Shown here: one piece after another, positions 18,028-26,698 of the stretch | Position numbering within the stretch: the stretch's first letter is position 1 | Layout: every line of letters starts with the position of its first letter | DNA from: Acidimicrobiales bacterium | Lineage (GTDB): Bacteria; Actinomycetota; Acidimicrobiia; Acidimicrobiales; SZUA-35 | Reading direction: 5' to 3' | Length of the DNA: 64,000 nt | Assembly (NCBI GenBank): GCA_020629155.1 | Contig: JAHDDW010000005.1 | Coordinates: forward strand, 69,703 to 133,702 | The notes under the pieces: model-generated | What the model was told of the DNA's origin: nothing | Seen by the model: only the letters and a program-made list of their open reading frames with translations | The model's database searches: none | Program-made: the position numbers and the translations under genes

Positions 18028-19044
18028 TCACTCAGCGTCAGACTTTTTGGCTCGACTTGGAGCGACCCGTGGAGGTTCGTTTGGCTGCTTAGGATACACA
18101 GGCGGCCATGGGGCATCCATCAAACCTGCTTGCATATCTTTTTCATGCATCGCTAGCAATGGGTCTAACAGCTGTGGGTCATCATCAACGGTGAGCCAAG
18201 GGTCGCCTTCGTTGGCAAGTCGGCGCGGCACAACATCCATTGTCATCGAATCTGGCTCGATTGAATCAAGCTCTTCCCAATAAAACGGTGTGCTTACCTG
18301 GGCCCCAACTCTTGATCTGACACTCCACGCCCCAAAAACTGTTTTATGTGGAGCGTTCTGGTTAAAGTCGATAAATATGCGCTCTCCACGTTCTTCTTTC
18401 CACCATTTGGCGGTCAACTGGGCAGGGTAGCGCCGCTCCAGCTCCCTTGCCAAAGCAACCGCAGCGAAACGCACCTGATAGCTATCCCATAGTGGTTTCA
18501 AACGCACATATATGTGGATGCCTTTGCTACCTGTTGTTTTAGGGAACGATTTTATCCCAAGCTCGGCAAGTAGTTCTTTAGTTTTTTCGGCAGCGAAACG
18601 CACATCATCAAAGGTTGTCCCAGGAGTTGGATCTAAATCAATACGTAATTCATCGGCAACAGACAAGTCAGCAGCTTTAGTTGGCCAAAGGTGAAACCCT
18701 AAACATCCTAGATTGACTGCCCACACAACATGTGCAAGGTCGGCAAGTACTAACGCGTTTGATTCGGTCCCATTTGGAGTGCTAACAACTGTAGTTTGTA
18801 GCCAAGACGGGGCACCTTTGGGGACACGTTTTTGAAAAAAGGATTTGCCTGAAACACCATTAGGAAAACGCTGCATCAACGTTGGTCTGCCGCCAGCAGC
18901 TCGCAGAAACGCAGGCTCAACCGCTTGATAATAATCAATAAGATCTAGCTTTGTTTCACCTCGTCTAGGAAAGTAGACCTTATCGCTACTTGTGACAGTG
19001 AGCTCTTTGTCTTGCAGTTGCAACACGATAGGTTCGGGTTTCAT
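18028..19044 (-). CDS. stand-alone LigD polymerase/primase domain protein (NHEJ PrimPol)
   Basis: 338 aa: ...KVYFPRRGETKLDLIDYY...TLMQRFPNGV.GKSFFQKR...FHLWP...LRIDLDP...KTTGSKGIHIYVRL. These are the signature blocks of LigD-Pol. Confidence 0.85.
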   Translation of the reverse strand: MKPEPIVLQLQDKELTVTSSDKVYFPRRGETKLDLIDYYQAVEPAFLRAAGGRPTLMQRFPNGVSGKSFFQKRVPKGAPSWLQTTVVSTPNGTESNALVLADLAHVVWAVNLGCLGFHLWPTKAADLSVADELRIDLDPTPGTTFDDVRFAAEKTKELLAELGIKSFPKTTGSKGIHIYVRLKPLWDSYQVRFAAVALARELERRYPAQLTAKWWKEERGERIFIDFNQNAPHKTVFGAWSVRSRVGAQVSTPFYWEELDSIEPDSMTMDVVPRRLANEGDPWLTVDDDPQLLDPLLAMHEKDMQAGLMDAPWPPVYPKQPNEPPRVAPSRAKKSDAE

Positions 19045-19122
19045 AGCAACTAACCTAACCCTTTCTTTCGATGCCTTGCTGCCTGTTATCCTATAACGCT
19101 AGAGAAAATGATTCTTGATAAC

Positions 19123-20520
19123 TTAGCTATCGATAAATTCTAGGATCCGACTTGCTAACACAGCCTGGTCGTTAGGCATCGTTTCATAGGACTCTTTGCG
19201 TTCTAATAAGTCTGCGAGATGGCTAGGCAATGGCGGTCGAATATCGACAGCGTGTTCCATAACATCAGGAAATTTCGCAGGTGCAGCTGTTTCAAGCACG
19301 ACGATTTCACTAGTCAACGAACCTTTTGTGACATGCGCTGCTTTTGTTCCGACAGCGCTATGTGGATCTATGAGAACACCGCACTCGTTATGGACACGTT
19401 GTATCTCAGCGACTGTTTCGTCATCAGAGACGGTCACTGCAACAAAACACTCACGAATTGGAATCATCCAGCTTTCGGGAATAACAACCGAACCTTTCGA
19501 ACGGTAGGTACGCAACGTCTTGGCGATAGCGTCACCGTCTCGGCCGCTTGCTTCCCAAAGCAGGCGCTCTAAATTTGACGGCACAGCAATATCCATACTT
19601 GGGCTATGCGATTGATAAACCTGCTTAGCATGAAGTTCTCCAGACGCTAGGAACTGGGCGAACGCATCGTTACGATTACACGCAACAACAAATCGCTCTA
19701 TTGGTAGACCCAGCTGCTTTGCATACCAGCCAGCTAGCACATTGCCAAAATTGCCTGTAGGTACAGCGAAAGAAACCTGCGTTCCATCGCCATAACCTAA
19801 CGAAGCGTACGCCGAAAAATAATAAGAGATTTGAACCAAAACTCGGGCCCAATTAATCGAGTTGACTGCTGTCAAACCTGCTTTCTCACGCAGTGAAACA
19901 TCGGCAAAACATGCTTTTACTAAATCTTGACAATCATCAAAGGACCCTTCGATCGCAATGTTTAGAACACTATCGCTTTGCACAGTTGTCATCTGACGCC
20001 GCTGCACTTCGCTAACTCGACCTTGCGGGTGAAGCATCACCGTTTTGATATTCTGTGTTTGACGTAACGCCTCAATAGCGGCGGACCCCGTGTCGCCAGA
20101 GGTTGCGCCAATAACCGTGGCTTTACGATTTTGCGAAGCTAGCTCGTTGTCTAACATTTGCGCTAGCATTTGCAACGCAAAATCTTTAAACGCAAGCGTT
20201 GGACCTTTCGTTAAATCCAAGATATGAACATGGTCTTCAAGAACGCGCAACGGGCAGATAGCATCATCGCGAAACTGAGCAAACGCTTCCTTCGACATAG
20301 CTTGCAACGAAGACCGCTCTACCGAAGAGCCTAGAAATGCTGCTAAAACTTCTTCAAGAATGTTGGTGTACTTGGCGCCAGTGGAGGGCAGCTTTATTTC
20401 GGGCAATGTTATGGGGCAATACAGACCGCCGTCAGGCGCAAGGCCAGCGGTGACCACCGTTGCGAAGTCAACCAGAGCAGTTGAAGCAGGTGCGCGAGTC
20501 GATTGATAAAGTACTGTCAT
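19123..20520 (-). CDS. thrC: threonine synthase
   Basis: 465 aa, long-form ThrC: ...GPTLAFKDFALQ (PLP lysine)...GATSGDTGSAA... Confidence 0.9.
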   Translation of the reverse strand: MTVLYQSTRAPASTALVDFATVVTAGLAPDGGLYCPITLPEIKLPSTGAKYTNILEEVLAAFLGSSVERSSLQAMSKEAFAQFRDDAICPLRVLEDHVHILDLTKGPTLAFKDFALQMLAQMLDNELASQNRKATVIGATSGDTGSAAIEALRQTQNIKTVMLHPQGRVSEVQRRQMTTVQSDSVLNIAIEGSFDDCQDLVKACFADVSLREKAGLTAVNSINWARVLVQISYYFSAYASLGYGDGTQVSFAVPTGNFGNVLAGWYAKQLGLPIERFVVACNRNDAFAQFLASGELHAKQVYQSHSPSMDIAVPSNLERLLWEASGRDGDAIAKTLRTYRSKGSVVIPESWMIPIRECFVAVTVSDDETVAEIQRVHNECGVLIDPHSAVGTKAAHVTKGSLTSEIVVLETAAPAKFPDVMEHAVDIRPPLPSHLADLLERKESYETMPNDQAVLASRILEFIDS

Positions 20521-21821
20521 CGCAACACTCTAAAGAAGCTCTTTACCTGGCTAACATAGTCAGATGCTTCACAAAGTTTTATAACAGCATCAGCGTTTTC
20601 GTCCAGCGCCTCTTCAGTTAAAAAAACCATACGCGCCTGCGTATCATCGCCCGCTAAAGGCTCTTGTTCCATTGCTTTAATCGAAATATTCTGATCAGAG
20701 AAATAACCAGCAATCGCGGAAAGAACACCGGGAGAGTTCTTAGCGTCGATCACAAAAAAGAACGAAGACCGCATTTGAGAAGCAGGCTTAATGCTGGCTG
20801 GTTCTCCATGAATAACAGGCCGATGCATGCCTCGTCGAAGGTTTAACGCAGCGTCAACAAGATCGCCGAGAACAGCGCTAGCCGTTGGGAGCCCACCAGC
20901 ACCACGACCATAAAACATTAGCTCGCTTGACGCTTCACCTTCTAAAAATACTGCGTTGTAACTGCCCCGTACAGAGGCGAGTGGATGTTTTTTGTCGACA
21001 AGTGCGGGAAAGACACGGACGCCGATTTCACCGTCAGCAAATTTTTCTGCCAGCGCCAGCATTTTAATCACATAGCCCAATTCATCAGCGAAGGTGATGT
21101 CTTCTTTTGTTATATTGCTAATGCCCTCATGCGTCACATCAGACGCTACGACATAATTCCCAAACGCAAGCGATGCCATAATCGCAGCTTTTGCTCCAGC
21201 ATCGTAGCCTTCAATATCGTTGGTCGGGTCGCTCTCTGCGTAGCCTAACTGTTGTGCTTGGCTAAGAGCTTCAGCATAGTTTTGGCCTTCATCTGACATC
21301 TGCGTCAAGATATAATTTGTTGTGCCGTTAACAATGCCCATTACCCGTTTAATGTCTTCACCAAGAAGTGACTCTCGCAGAGGTCGCAGAATGGGGATGG
21401 CGCCAGCCGCTGAAGCTTCAAAGAGCACATCGACGCCGTTAGCAGAGGCAGTTTGGTAAAGCTCTGAACCAGATTTAGCAAGCAGCTCCTTATTTGCAGT
21501 GATTACTGGTTTGCCAGCATTTAGTGCTGCGAGCACTAAATCTCTAGCAGGTTCAACTCCACCGATAAGCTCAATGACAATATCGATATTGTCGTTTTTC
21601 ACTAGGGCAGCGGTGTCGGTTGTCACCTCAATCTGTGAATCTGCAGGCAAAGTGACACGTGAAATAGTGCGAACCCCGATCATCACAATCTGAAAGCGCA
21701 TCCCAGTGGTGCGTATCAGTTCAGACTCCCGTTCGGCAAGAAGATCTACTAAAGATCTTCCAACGGTGCCACACCCTAACAAACCTATTTTTATAACATC
21801 ACTATGATTCACAGCATTCAC
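20517..21821 (-). CDS. hom: homoserine dehydrogenase
   Basis: 434 aa. N-terminal GLLGCGTVG Rossmann motif, catalytic domain and C-terminal ACT domain. ATGA overlap with thrC. Confidence 0.9.
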   Translation of the reverse strand: MNAVNHSDVIKIGLLGCGTVGRSLVDLLAERESELIRTTGMRFQIVMIGVRTISRVTLPADSQIEVTTDTAALVKNDNIDIVIELIGGVEPARDLVLAALNAGKPVITANKELLAKSGSELYQTASANGVDVLFEASAAGAIPILRPLRESLLGEDIKRVMGIVNGTTNYILTQMSDEGQNYAEALSQAQQLGYAESDPTNDIEGYDAGAKAAIMASLAFGNYVVASDVTHEGISNITKEDITFADELGYVIKMLALAEKFADGEIGVRVFPALVDKKHPLASVRGSYNAVFLEGEASSELMFYGRGAGGLPTASAVLGDLVDAALNLRRGMHRPVIHGEPASIKPASQMRSSFFFVIDAKNSPGVLSAIAGYFSDQNISIKAMEQEPLAGDDTQARMVFLTEEALDENADAVIKLCEASDYVSQVKSFFRVLR

Positions 21822-21896
21822 ACTAGCAGGCTAAAGAACTGCTCTGATGGGAGCCTATGAACAAAGTGAAAATCTTACCCAGCTACCTACGCTTGT

Positions 21897-21931
21897 CCAT
21901 AATTAAAGTTTATGTTAAACTTTAATTATGG
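21897..21931. promoter_or_regulatory. 16-bp perfect inverted repeat overlapping the vapB start codon (TA operator)
   Basis: CCATAATTAAAGTTTA-TGT-TAAACTTTAATTATGG. The right arm contains ATG 21928. Confidence 0.55.
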
Positions 21932-22203
21932 TGACTGTTACGGCTGTAGAGCTTAGAAAAAATTTAGATCGCTATATAAAAATGGCGAGCACCGGCGAGG
22001 CTGTCCGAGTCACCTACCGCAATAGTCATTCTGTAGTGATAGGACCAGACACTGAAGCCTCAACACCATCAAATGCAGACGATATCTTTAAAGCCGCTAG
22101 CCTCTTGCACGATTTTATTCCTCGTGAGCTCCAAGAAAAGCTGGCGTTAGATGATGCCGTGAAGAAACACAAAGAGACAGCGCTTGCTAGGAAATACCAG
22201 TGA
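21928..22203 (+). CDS. Phd/YefM-type antitoxin partnered with a PIN toxin
   Basis: MVTVTAVELRKNLDRYIKMASTGEAVRVTYRNSHSVVIG is a Phd/YefM-like N-terminus. GTGA overlap with the toxin start. Confidence 0.7.
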   Translation: MVTVTAVELRKNLDRYIKMASTGEAVRVTYRNSHSVVIGPDTEASTPSNADDIFKAASLLHDFIPRELQEKLALDDAVKKHKETALARKYQ

Positions 22204-22577
22204 ATAAAGTTTTTGTTGATACAAACATTATGTTGGATATCCTTCTCGACAGGTCCCGATTACCACAGGTCAAAAAAACTCTCGCTAACAAAAATGTTTA
22301 CATATCTTCCTTTAGTGTTGCCACTTCCTACTACATACTCGGCAGAAACGAAGCTATCTCCAATAGCTCTTTCCAAAAGGCTATAGCACCATACAAAGTG
22401 CTGTCGATCAACGCCATAACCATCGAGAAAGCATTTGAAATAGTCGGTGAAGAGGATCTAGAAGATGCCATACAAATCGCTTGTTGTATCGAAAATGCTA
22501 TTGACCTATTCGTAACGGCAGATCAGGCCATTGCAAAAATTTATTCAAACTATGTCGATGTGGAAACCATAGTATGA
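22200..22577 (+). CDS. vapC: PIN-domain toxin (VapC-like)
   Basis: MNKVFVDTNIMLDILLDR (first PIN acidic residue) ...EDAIQIACC...FVTAD. 125 aa. Confidence 0.8.
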   Translation: MNKVFVDTNIMLDILLDRSRLPQVKKTLANKNVYISSFSVATSYYILGRNEAISNSSFQKAIAPYKVLSINAITIEKAFEIVGEEDLEDAIQIACCIENAIDLFVTADQAIAKIYSNYVDVETIV

Positions 22578-22656
22578 ACTTCAATGCCCTCAAATGTGGC
22601 AGCGGACAAAAACGTTTTTCTCTCGACACCTATGTTAACGCGTCTAAACAATTTGT

Positions 22657-23271
22657 TTAGCGTCGGTTTATTTCGGCCATAGCTTTTTCGATGCCTAGTT
22701 TCGCTATCTTTTCTATAGCATCGGCAGCCTCAGCTACAGCTATATCTAGTTCGATTCGGTCTTTCTTCGAAGGTCGCTTCAGCACGTAATCAGAGACGCT
22801 TTGTGCTGTCATTGGTCGCCCGATGCCTATGCGAACACGCAAAAAATCGGCAGACTTTAAGTGCTGCTTCAAAGACTTAAGCCCGTTATGGCCTGCAAGG
22901 CCGCCACCTTTTTTAAGGCGCAGCGTTCCACGCTCTAGATCAAGTTCATCATGAACAACAATGATCTGCGCTGGGTCAGAAACACCTTTTGCAGTAACTA
23001 AACTTTTGACTGCTTCACCAGAATTGTTCATATAAGTCAAAGGGAAAGCTAACGTCGTGCGTAAACCACACAACCGGGTGTTCGCAGTCAACGCACGGTG
23101 GTTGCTTTTTTTGAGTTTTAAGCCTAAACGGTTGGCAAGCAAGTCAACAGCCGCTGCACCTACATTATGGCGTGTGTCAACATAGGCATCACCAGGATTG
23201 CCTAAGCCAACTATCAAAAGGTCAATAGGATCCTGTTTAGAGTTAGCTCTAAACAGCTTTCTAGTAATCAA
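22657..23271 (-). CDS. pth: peptidyl-tRNA hydrolase
   Basis: LIVGLGNPG..Y..TRHNVG ... GHNGLKS motifs. Confidence 0.9.
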   Translation of the reverse strand: MITRKLFRANSKQDPIDLLIVGLGNPGDAYVDTRHNVGAAAVDLLANRLGLKLKKSNHRALTANTRLCGLRTTLAFPLTYMNNSGEAVKSLVTAKGVSDPAQIIVVHDELDLERGTLRLKKGGGLAGHNGLKSLKQHLKSADFLRVRIGIGRPMTAQSVSDYVLKRPSKKDRIELDIAVAEAADAIEKIAKLGIEKAMAEINRR

Positions 23272-23350
23272 TTTTCTAGGCTTGCTAAAAACGGTGCAAG
23301 ATCAAGAAGTATTGCCTGAGGAACTCTACGAGCAAAGGCGCCCATGCGTA

Positions 23351-24016
23351 TTACTCAGATTTTTCTTCGGAAGCGCCGCCTTCAGCAGCTTCGCCTTCTT
23401 CACCCTCAGTTCCACCCTCTTCACCTGCGGCCGCTTCAGCAGGCTCGCCAAGGTCAACAGCACGATGAATAACTGGAGCAGCGACAGAGATATTGTCGTC
23501 TACTAGCGCTGTGACACCTTCTGGAAGGTTCAAGTCGCCTACGCTGAGACGTCGATCTAACGTCATAAGAGAGACATCAGCTTCGAGAGCGAGGGGGATT
23601 GAAGTAGGAAGTGCTTTGATTTCGATCGTAAAGATCTTCTGCTCAACCGTTCCACCAGCATTTGTAAGATTGCTATCGTCGCCCACAAGCTTGACGGGAA
23701 CTTTAACTTTGACAGGAACTTTATCGTCAACACGCATGAAATCGACGTGAGTGACTTCTCTTCGGATCACGTCACGTTGCAAATCTCGGACATAAACAGT
23801 TTCGTTTTTGCCGTCGATGTCGAGATCAAAAACAGTGTTTAGGCCAGCAACGCCTTTCATCACATCTCTGAGTTCTATGTAATTAACAGCAATAGGCACA
23901 GGTTCTGAACCTAGACCATAGACAACGCCAGGCAGGTTGCCCTCACGACGCAAGCGGCGCGAAGAACCAGAACCCAAAGGTCTATTTGAAGTAGCTTTAA
24001 CAACTGACTGAGACAT
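23351..24016 (-). CDS. rplY: 50S ribosomal protein L25/general stress protein Ctc
   Basis: RRLRREGNLPGVVYG start, two-domain Ctc form, acidic low-complexity tail. Conserved position between pth and prs. Confidence 0.9.
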   Translation of the reverse strand: MSQSVVKATSNRPLGSGSSRRLRREGNLPGVVYGLGSEPVPIAVNYIELRDVMKGVAGLNTVFDLDIDGKNETVYVRDLQRDVIRREVTHVDFMRVDDKVPVKVKVPVKLVGDDSNLTNAGGTVEQKIFTIEIKALPTSIPLALEADVSLMTLDRRLSVGDLNLPEGVTALVDDNISVAAPVIHRAVDLGEPAEAAAGEEGGTEGEEGEAAEGGASEEKSE

Positions 24017-24118
24017 GACTAAATCCTTTACCTGACATAAGCTATTTAGTCCTATGCCAACCGATAAGCATAGCGCTTAGATTGTCGTAACCCAAAGAAA
24101 GCTCTTGTAAACTTCGTC

Positions 24119-25099
24119 TTAACTATGATTTTCGCCATCAAATATTTTGCTAACCGATGTGTCCTGAAACACAGCACGTATCGCATCAGCAATAAGTTCA
24201 GCTACTGACAACACTTCAAGCTTGTCAAATTTCTTTTCTTCAGCGATTGGGCAAGAGTCAGTGATAACTACCTTTTCGAAGGAAGAATTTTTCAAACGAT
24301 CTATGGCAGGGCCACTAAAAACACCGTGTGTGGCTGCCGCTATTACTGACTCGGCGCCCTTTGTCATCAGCAGCTCGCCACCTTCACAAATGGTGCCTGC
24401 TGTATCGATCATGTCGTCGATAATGACACAGGTTTTTCCACGAACCTTACCGACAATAGATTTAGCCTTTGAAACGTTTTTTACACCCTTAAGACGTTTT
24501 TTGTGCACAATCGCTAGACCAGCGTTAAGCCGTTGAGCGTAACGTTCAGCGACTTTCACCCTGCCAGCGTCTGGTGACACAACAACCAAATCGTCGCCGT
24601 AGCCTTTAAGGTAGTCAATAAGCACAGGCATCGCGGTCAGGTGGTCAACAGGGCCGTCGAAAAACCCTTGAATTTGGCCGCTATGTAAATCGATAGAGAT
24701 AAGCCTTGTCGCGCCAGCAACTTTGAACATGTCGGCCAACAGTCGAGCTGTGATAGGTTCTCGGCCGTCAGATTTACGATCTTGTCGGCTATAGCCATAG
24801 TAGGGGATAACAGCTGTAATGCGTTTCGCTGATGCTCGTTTGGCAGCATCAACCATGATCATCTGCTCCATGACAGCGTCGTTAACAGAACAACCGTCGG
24901 TGGCGCCATGTGTTTGGACTATAAAAACATCTGAACCACGAACAGACTCGCCAAACTGGCAGTGCGTTTCACCGCTTGAGAACTGGGCAACATTTGCCTC
25001 TGTCACGTCAACCCCTAGATGTGATGCGACTTGAGCGGTAAGCTCTTGACTTTGTCCGCCCGCAAACAAATGGAGTTTCTTTGTTGTTACTACCTTCAT
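24119..25099 (-). CDS. prs: ribose-phosphate pyrophosphokinase
   Basis: 326 aa. ...YYGYSRQDRK..., DLHSGQIQGFF, VSPDAGRVK and IIDDMIDTAGT motifs. Confidence 0.95.
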   Translation of the reverse strand: MKVVTTKKLHLFAGGQSQELTAQVASHLGVDVTEANVAQFSSGETHCQFGESVRGSDVFIVQTHGATDGCSVNDAVMEQMIMVDAAKRASAKRITAVIPYYGYSRQDRKSDGREPITARLLADMFKVAGATRLISIDLHSGQIQGFFDGPVDHLTAMPVLIDYLKGYGDDLVVVSPDAGRVKVAERYAQRLNAGLAIVHKKRLKGVKNVSKAKSIVGKVRGKTCVIIDDMIDTAGTICEGGELLMTKGAESVIAAATHGVFSGPAIDRLKNSSFEKVVITDSCPIAEEKKFDKLEVLSVAELIADAIRAVFQDTSVSKIFDGENHS

Positions 25100-25189
25100 C
25101 CCAGCACCCTTAACGTAGTCGTTTCTATACCATCATACAGTGCATCGCCCCTTATTTGAGCAGATAGTTAAAAGCCGTGTGTTCATGTG

Positions 25190-25229
25190 TAAAACAACAA
25201 AAACCAGCAGCCGAAGCCGCTGGTTTTTG
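25190..25229 (-). terminator. Rho-independent terminator downstream of tRNA-Gln
   Basis: ACCAGCAGC-CGAA-GCCGCTGGT hairpin (one mismatch). On the minus strand it is followed by TTTTTGTTGTTTT. A T5 run is also present on the plus side. Confidence 0.6.
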
Positions 25230-25320
25230 ACTCTTCGGGGGAGATAGTTCTCAATCGGACGCCAAAGTCAAATACTTAAGGACTTTGGCAGAAAGAAATT
25301 GGACTTCCCTAAAGATACTG

Positions 25321-25393
25321 CTCGCGGGGCAGGGCTCGAACCTGCAACATCCGGCTTCAAAGGCCGACGTTCTGCCAGTTGAACTACCCGCGA
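25321..25393 (-). tRNA. tRNA-Gln (anticodon TTG)
   Basis: The reverse complement reads TCGCGGG-TA-GTTC-AACTGGCA-GAAC-G-TCGGC-CTTTGAA-GCCGG-ATGTT-GCAGG-TTCGAGC-CCTGC-CCCGCGA-G. Anticodon UUG. CCA is not encoded. Confidence 0.9.
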
Positions 25394-25495
25394 AGATAGC
25401 ACCACTAACACCGTAGCGCCTATTTTGGAAAACTTCCAAATATTTATAGGAAGTTTGAGTATGACGCATTATTTTTAGCTACCCTTCAACAGGTC

Positions 25496-25591
25496 ATGGG
25501 ATCACTTATTAAAAAACGTCGGAAACGAATGCGCAAGAAGAAACACAAAAAACTTCTTAAGAAAACTAGAATTCAGCGCAGAAATAAATAG
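25496..25591 (+). CDS. 30S ribosomal protein bS22 (actinobacterial mini-protein, 31 aa)
   Basis: Below the track cutoff, translated by eye: [31 protein letters not shown]. Near-identical in pattern to mycobacterial bS22 ([29 protein letters not shown]...). Confidence 0.8.
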   Translation: [31 protein letters not shown]

Positions 25592-25652
25592 CATACTTCT
25601 GTTATCTAAAGCTGTCGGTCTCCATCTGGTGTAACACTTGATGGAGATTTGC

Positions 25653-25705
25653 TGTTTTTGTTTTGCTGGCATGGTTTGACAAACTCTAGCGCATGAAAGC
25701 TTTTC
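25653..25705. repeat. direct repeat copy 1 flanking the HigBA cassette
   Basis: TGTTTTTGTTTTGCTGGCATGGTTTGACAAACTCTAGCGCATGAAAGCTTTTC. 52 of 53 nt identical to 26644-26696. Confidence 0.9.
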
Positions 25706-25933
25706 TTTTTAGCTTTGGGCCATGAACGTGAACCTATCCTCAATGGCAATCCTGAGAGTCGTATGACGCCAAAGATAGAGGTGTATGTGATCATTGCATG
25801 CCTCAAGTCACCAACAAGTTCACCTTCGCCGATACCAGCACCTGGTTCATCTTTACCCGACGTCTTGGTAGTCAGGCGAACAGAAACATATATTACATAT
25901 TGCATATATGTTATTTTTGTTATAAAATGGATT

Positions 25934-26299
25934 GTGGGTAAATGGGAAGTAGTCGGAACAACAGAATTTGAACAATGGTTTTTATCGCTAGAAGATAAAC
26001 CAACTATGGAAGTATCAGCCGCTATCGATGAACTAGAAGCAAGAGGTCCAACATTATCAAGACCAACCGCAGACAAAATAAAGAACTCAGATTTTCACAA
26101 TATGAAAGAACTAAGGCCCAAAGGAGCGGCTAAACACTGCCGCATACTGTTCATCTTTGACCCGCAACGAAAAGCAGTCCTCCTATTAGGCGGCGATAAA
26201 ACAGGGAAATGGCAGGAATGGTACGACGAAGCAATCCCTCAAGCCGACGAAATCTATAGAAACTACCTCAAAGAGCTAGAGAAAGGAAACAAAAAATGA
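25934..26299 (+). CDS. higB: HigB/Gp49-type RelE-superfamily toxin
   Basis: From GTG 25934: (M)GKWEVVGTTEFEQWFLSLEDKP...MKELRPKGAAKHCRILFIFDPQRKAVLLLGGDKTGKWQEWYDEAIPQADEIYRNYL. Toxin-first order with an XRE antitoxin. The upstream part of the track ORF (25715-25933) looks non-coding and AT-rich. Confidence 0.75.
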   Translation: MGKWEVVGTTEFEQWFLSLEDKPTMEVSAAIDELEARGPTLSRPTADKIKNSDFHNMKELRPKGAAKHCRILFIFDPQRKAVLLLGGDKTGKWQEWYDEAIPQADEIYRNYLKELEKGNKK

Positions 26300-26616
26300 C
26301 AACAAAAAAATGGAGTGACATGCGACCAGGCTTCACCGAAGAACAAGAAGCAGAAATAACACGAAGTCGTGAAGCGTTGAGAAGCGAAGAAATTATTTAC
26401 TCACTCAGTGAGTTACGCAAAGCGTGCGGCGTTACACAAACGGAACTCGCTGAAGAGCTAGAACTCACGCAACCAAGAATTTCAACACTGGAAAAAAACA
26501 ACGACCCGAAACTGTCCACGCTAAAAGCAATCGCTAAAGCATTAAGTAACCAAACAACCCAAGACAACGTGTCCTTAAGAATACAGATAGGCGAGAAAGA
26601 ATTCCTACTCACCTAA
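26296..26616 (+). CDS. higA: XRE-family HTH antitoxin (HigA-like)
   Basis: ...LSELRKACGVTQTELAEELELTQPRISTLEKNNDPKLSTLKAIAKAL is an HTH_XRE motif. ATGA overlap with higB. Confidence 0.8.
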   Translation: MTTKKWSDMRPGFTEEQEAEITRSREALRSEEIIYSLSELRKACGVTQTELAEELELTQPRISTLEKNNDPKLSTLKAIAKALSNQTTQDNVSLRIQIGEKEFLLT

Positions 26617-26643
26617 GATGCAATACAACAGTTGGGCGCTGCA

Positions 26644-26696
26644 TGTTTTTGTTTTGCTGGCATGGTTTGACAAACTCTAACGCATGAAAGCTTTTC
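26644..26696. repeat. direct repeat copy 2 flanking the HigBA cassette (abuts the ispE stop)
   Basis: Same 53-mer as 25653-25705 with one G/A difference. It ends 2 nt from the ispE stop codon (26699-26701). Confidence 0.9.
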
Positions 26697-26698
26697 CT

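Noticed and set aside
25606-26076. 156-aa minus-strand ORF, and the 5' extension (25715-25933) of the higB track ORF
   Set aside because: Both run through the 53-nt repeat and the AT-rich promoter region. The products are low complexity with no motif. The HigB similarity begins only at about 25934.
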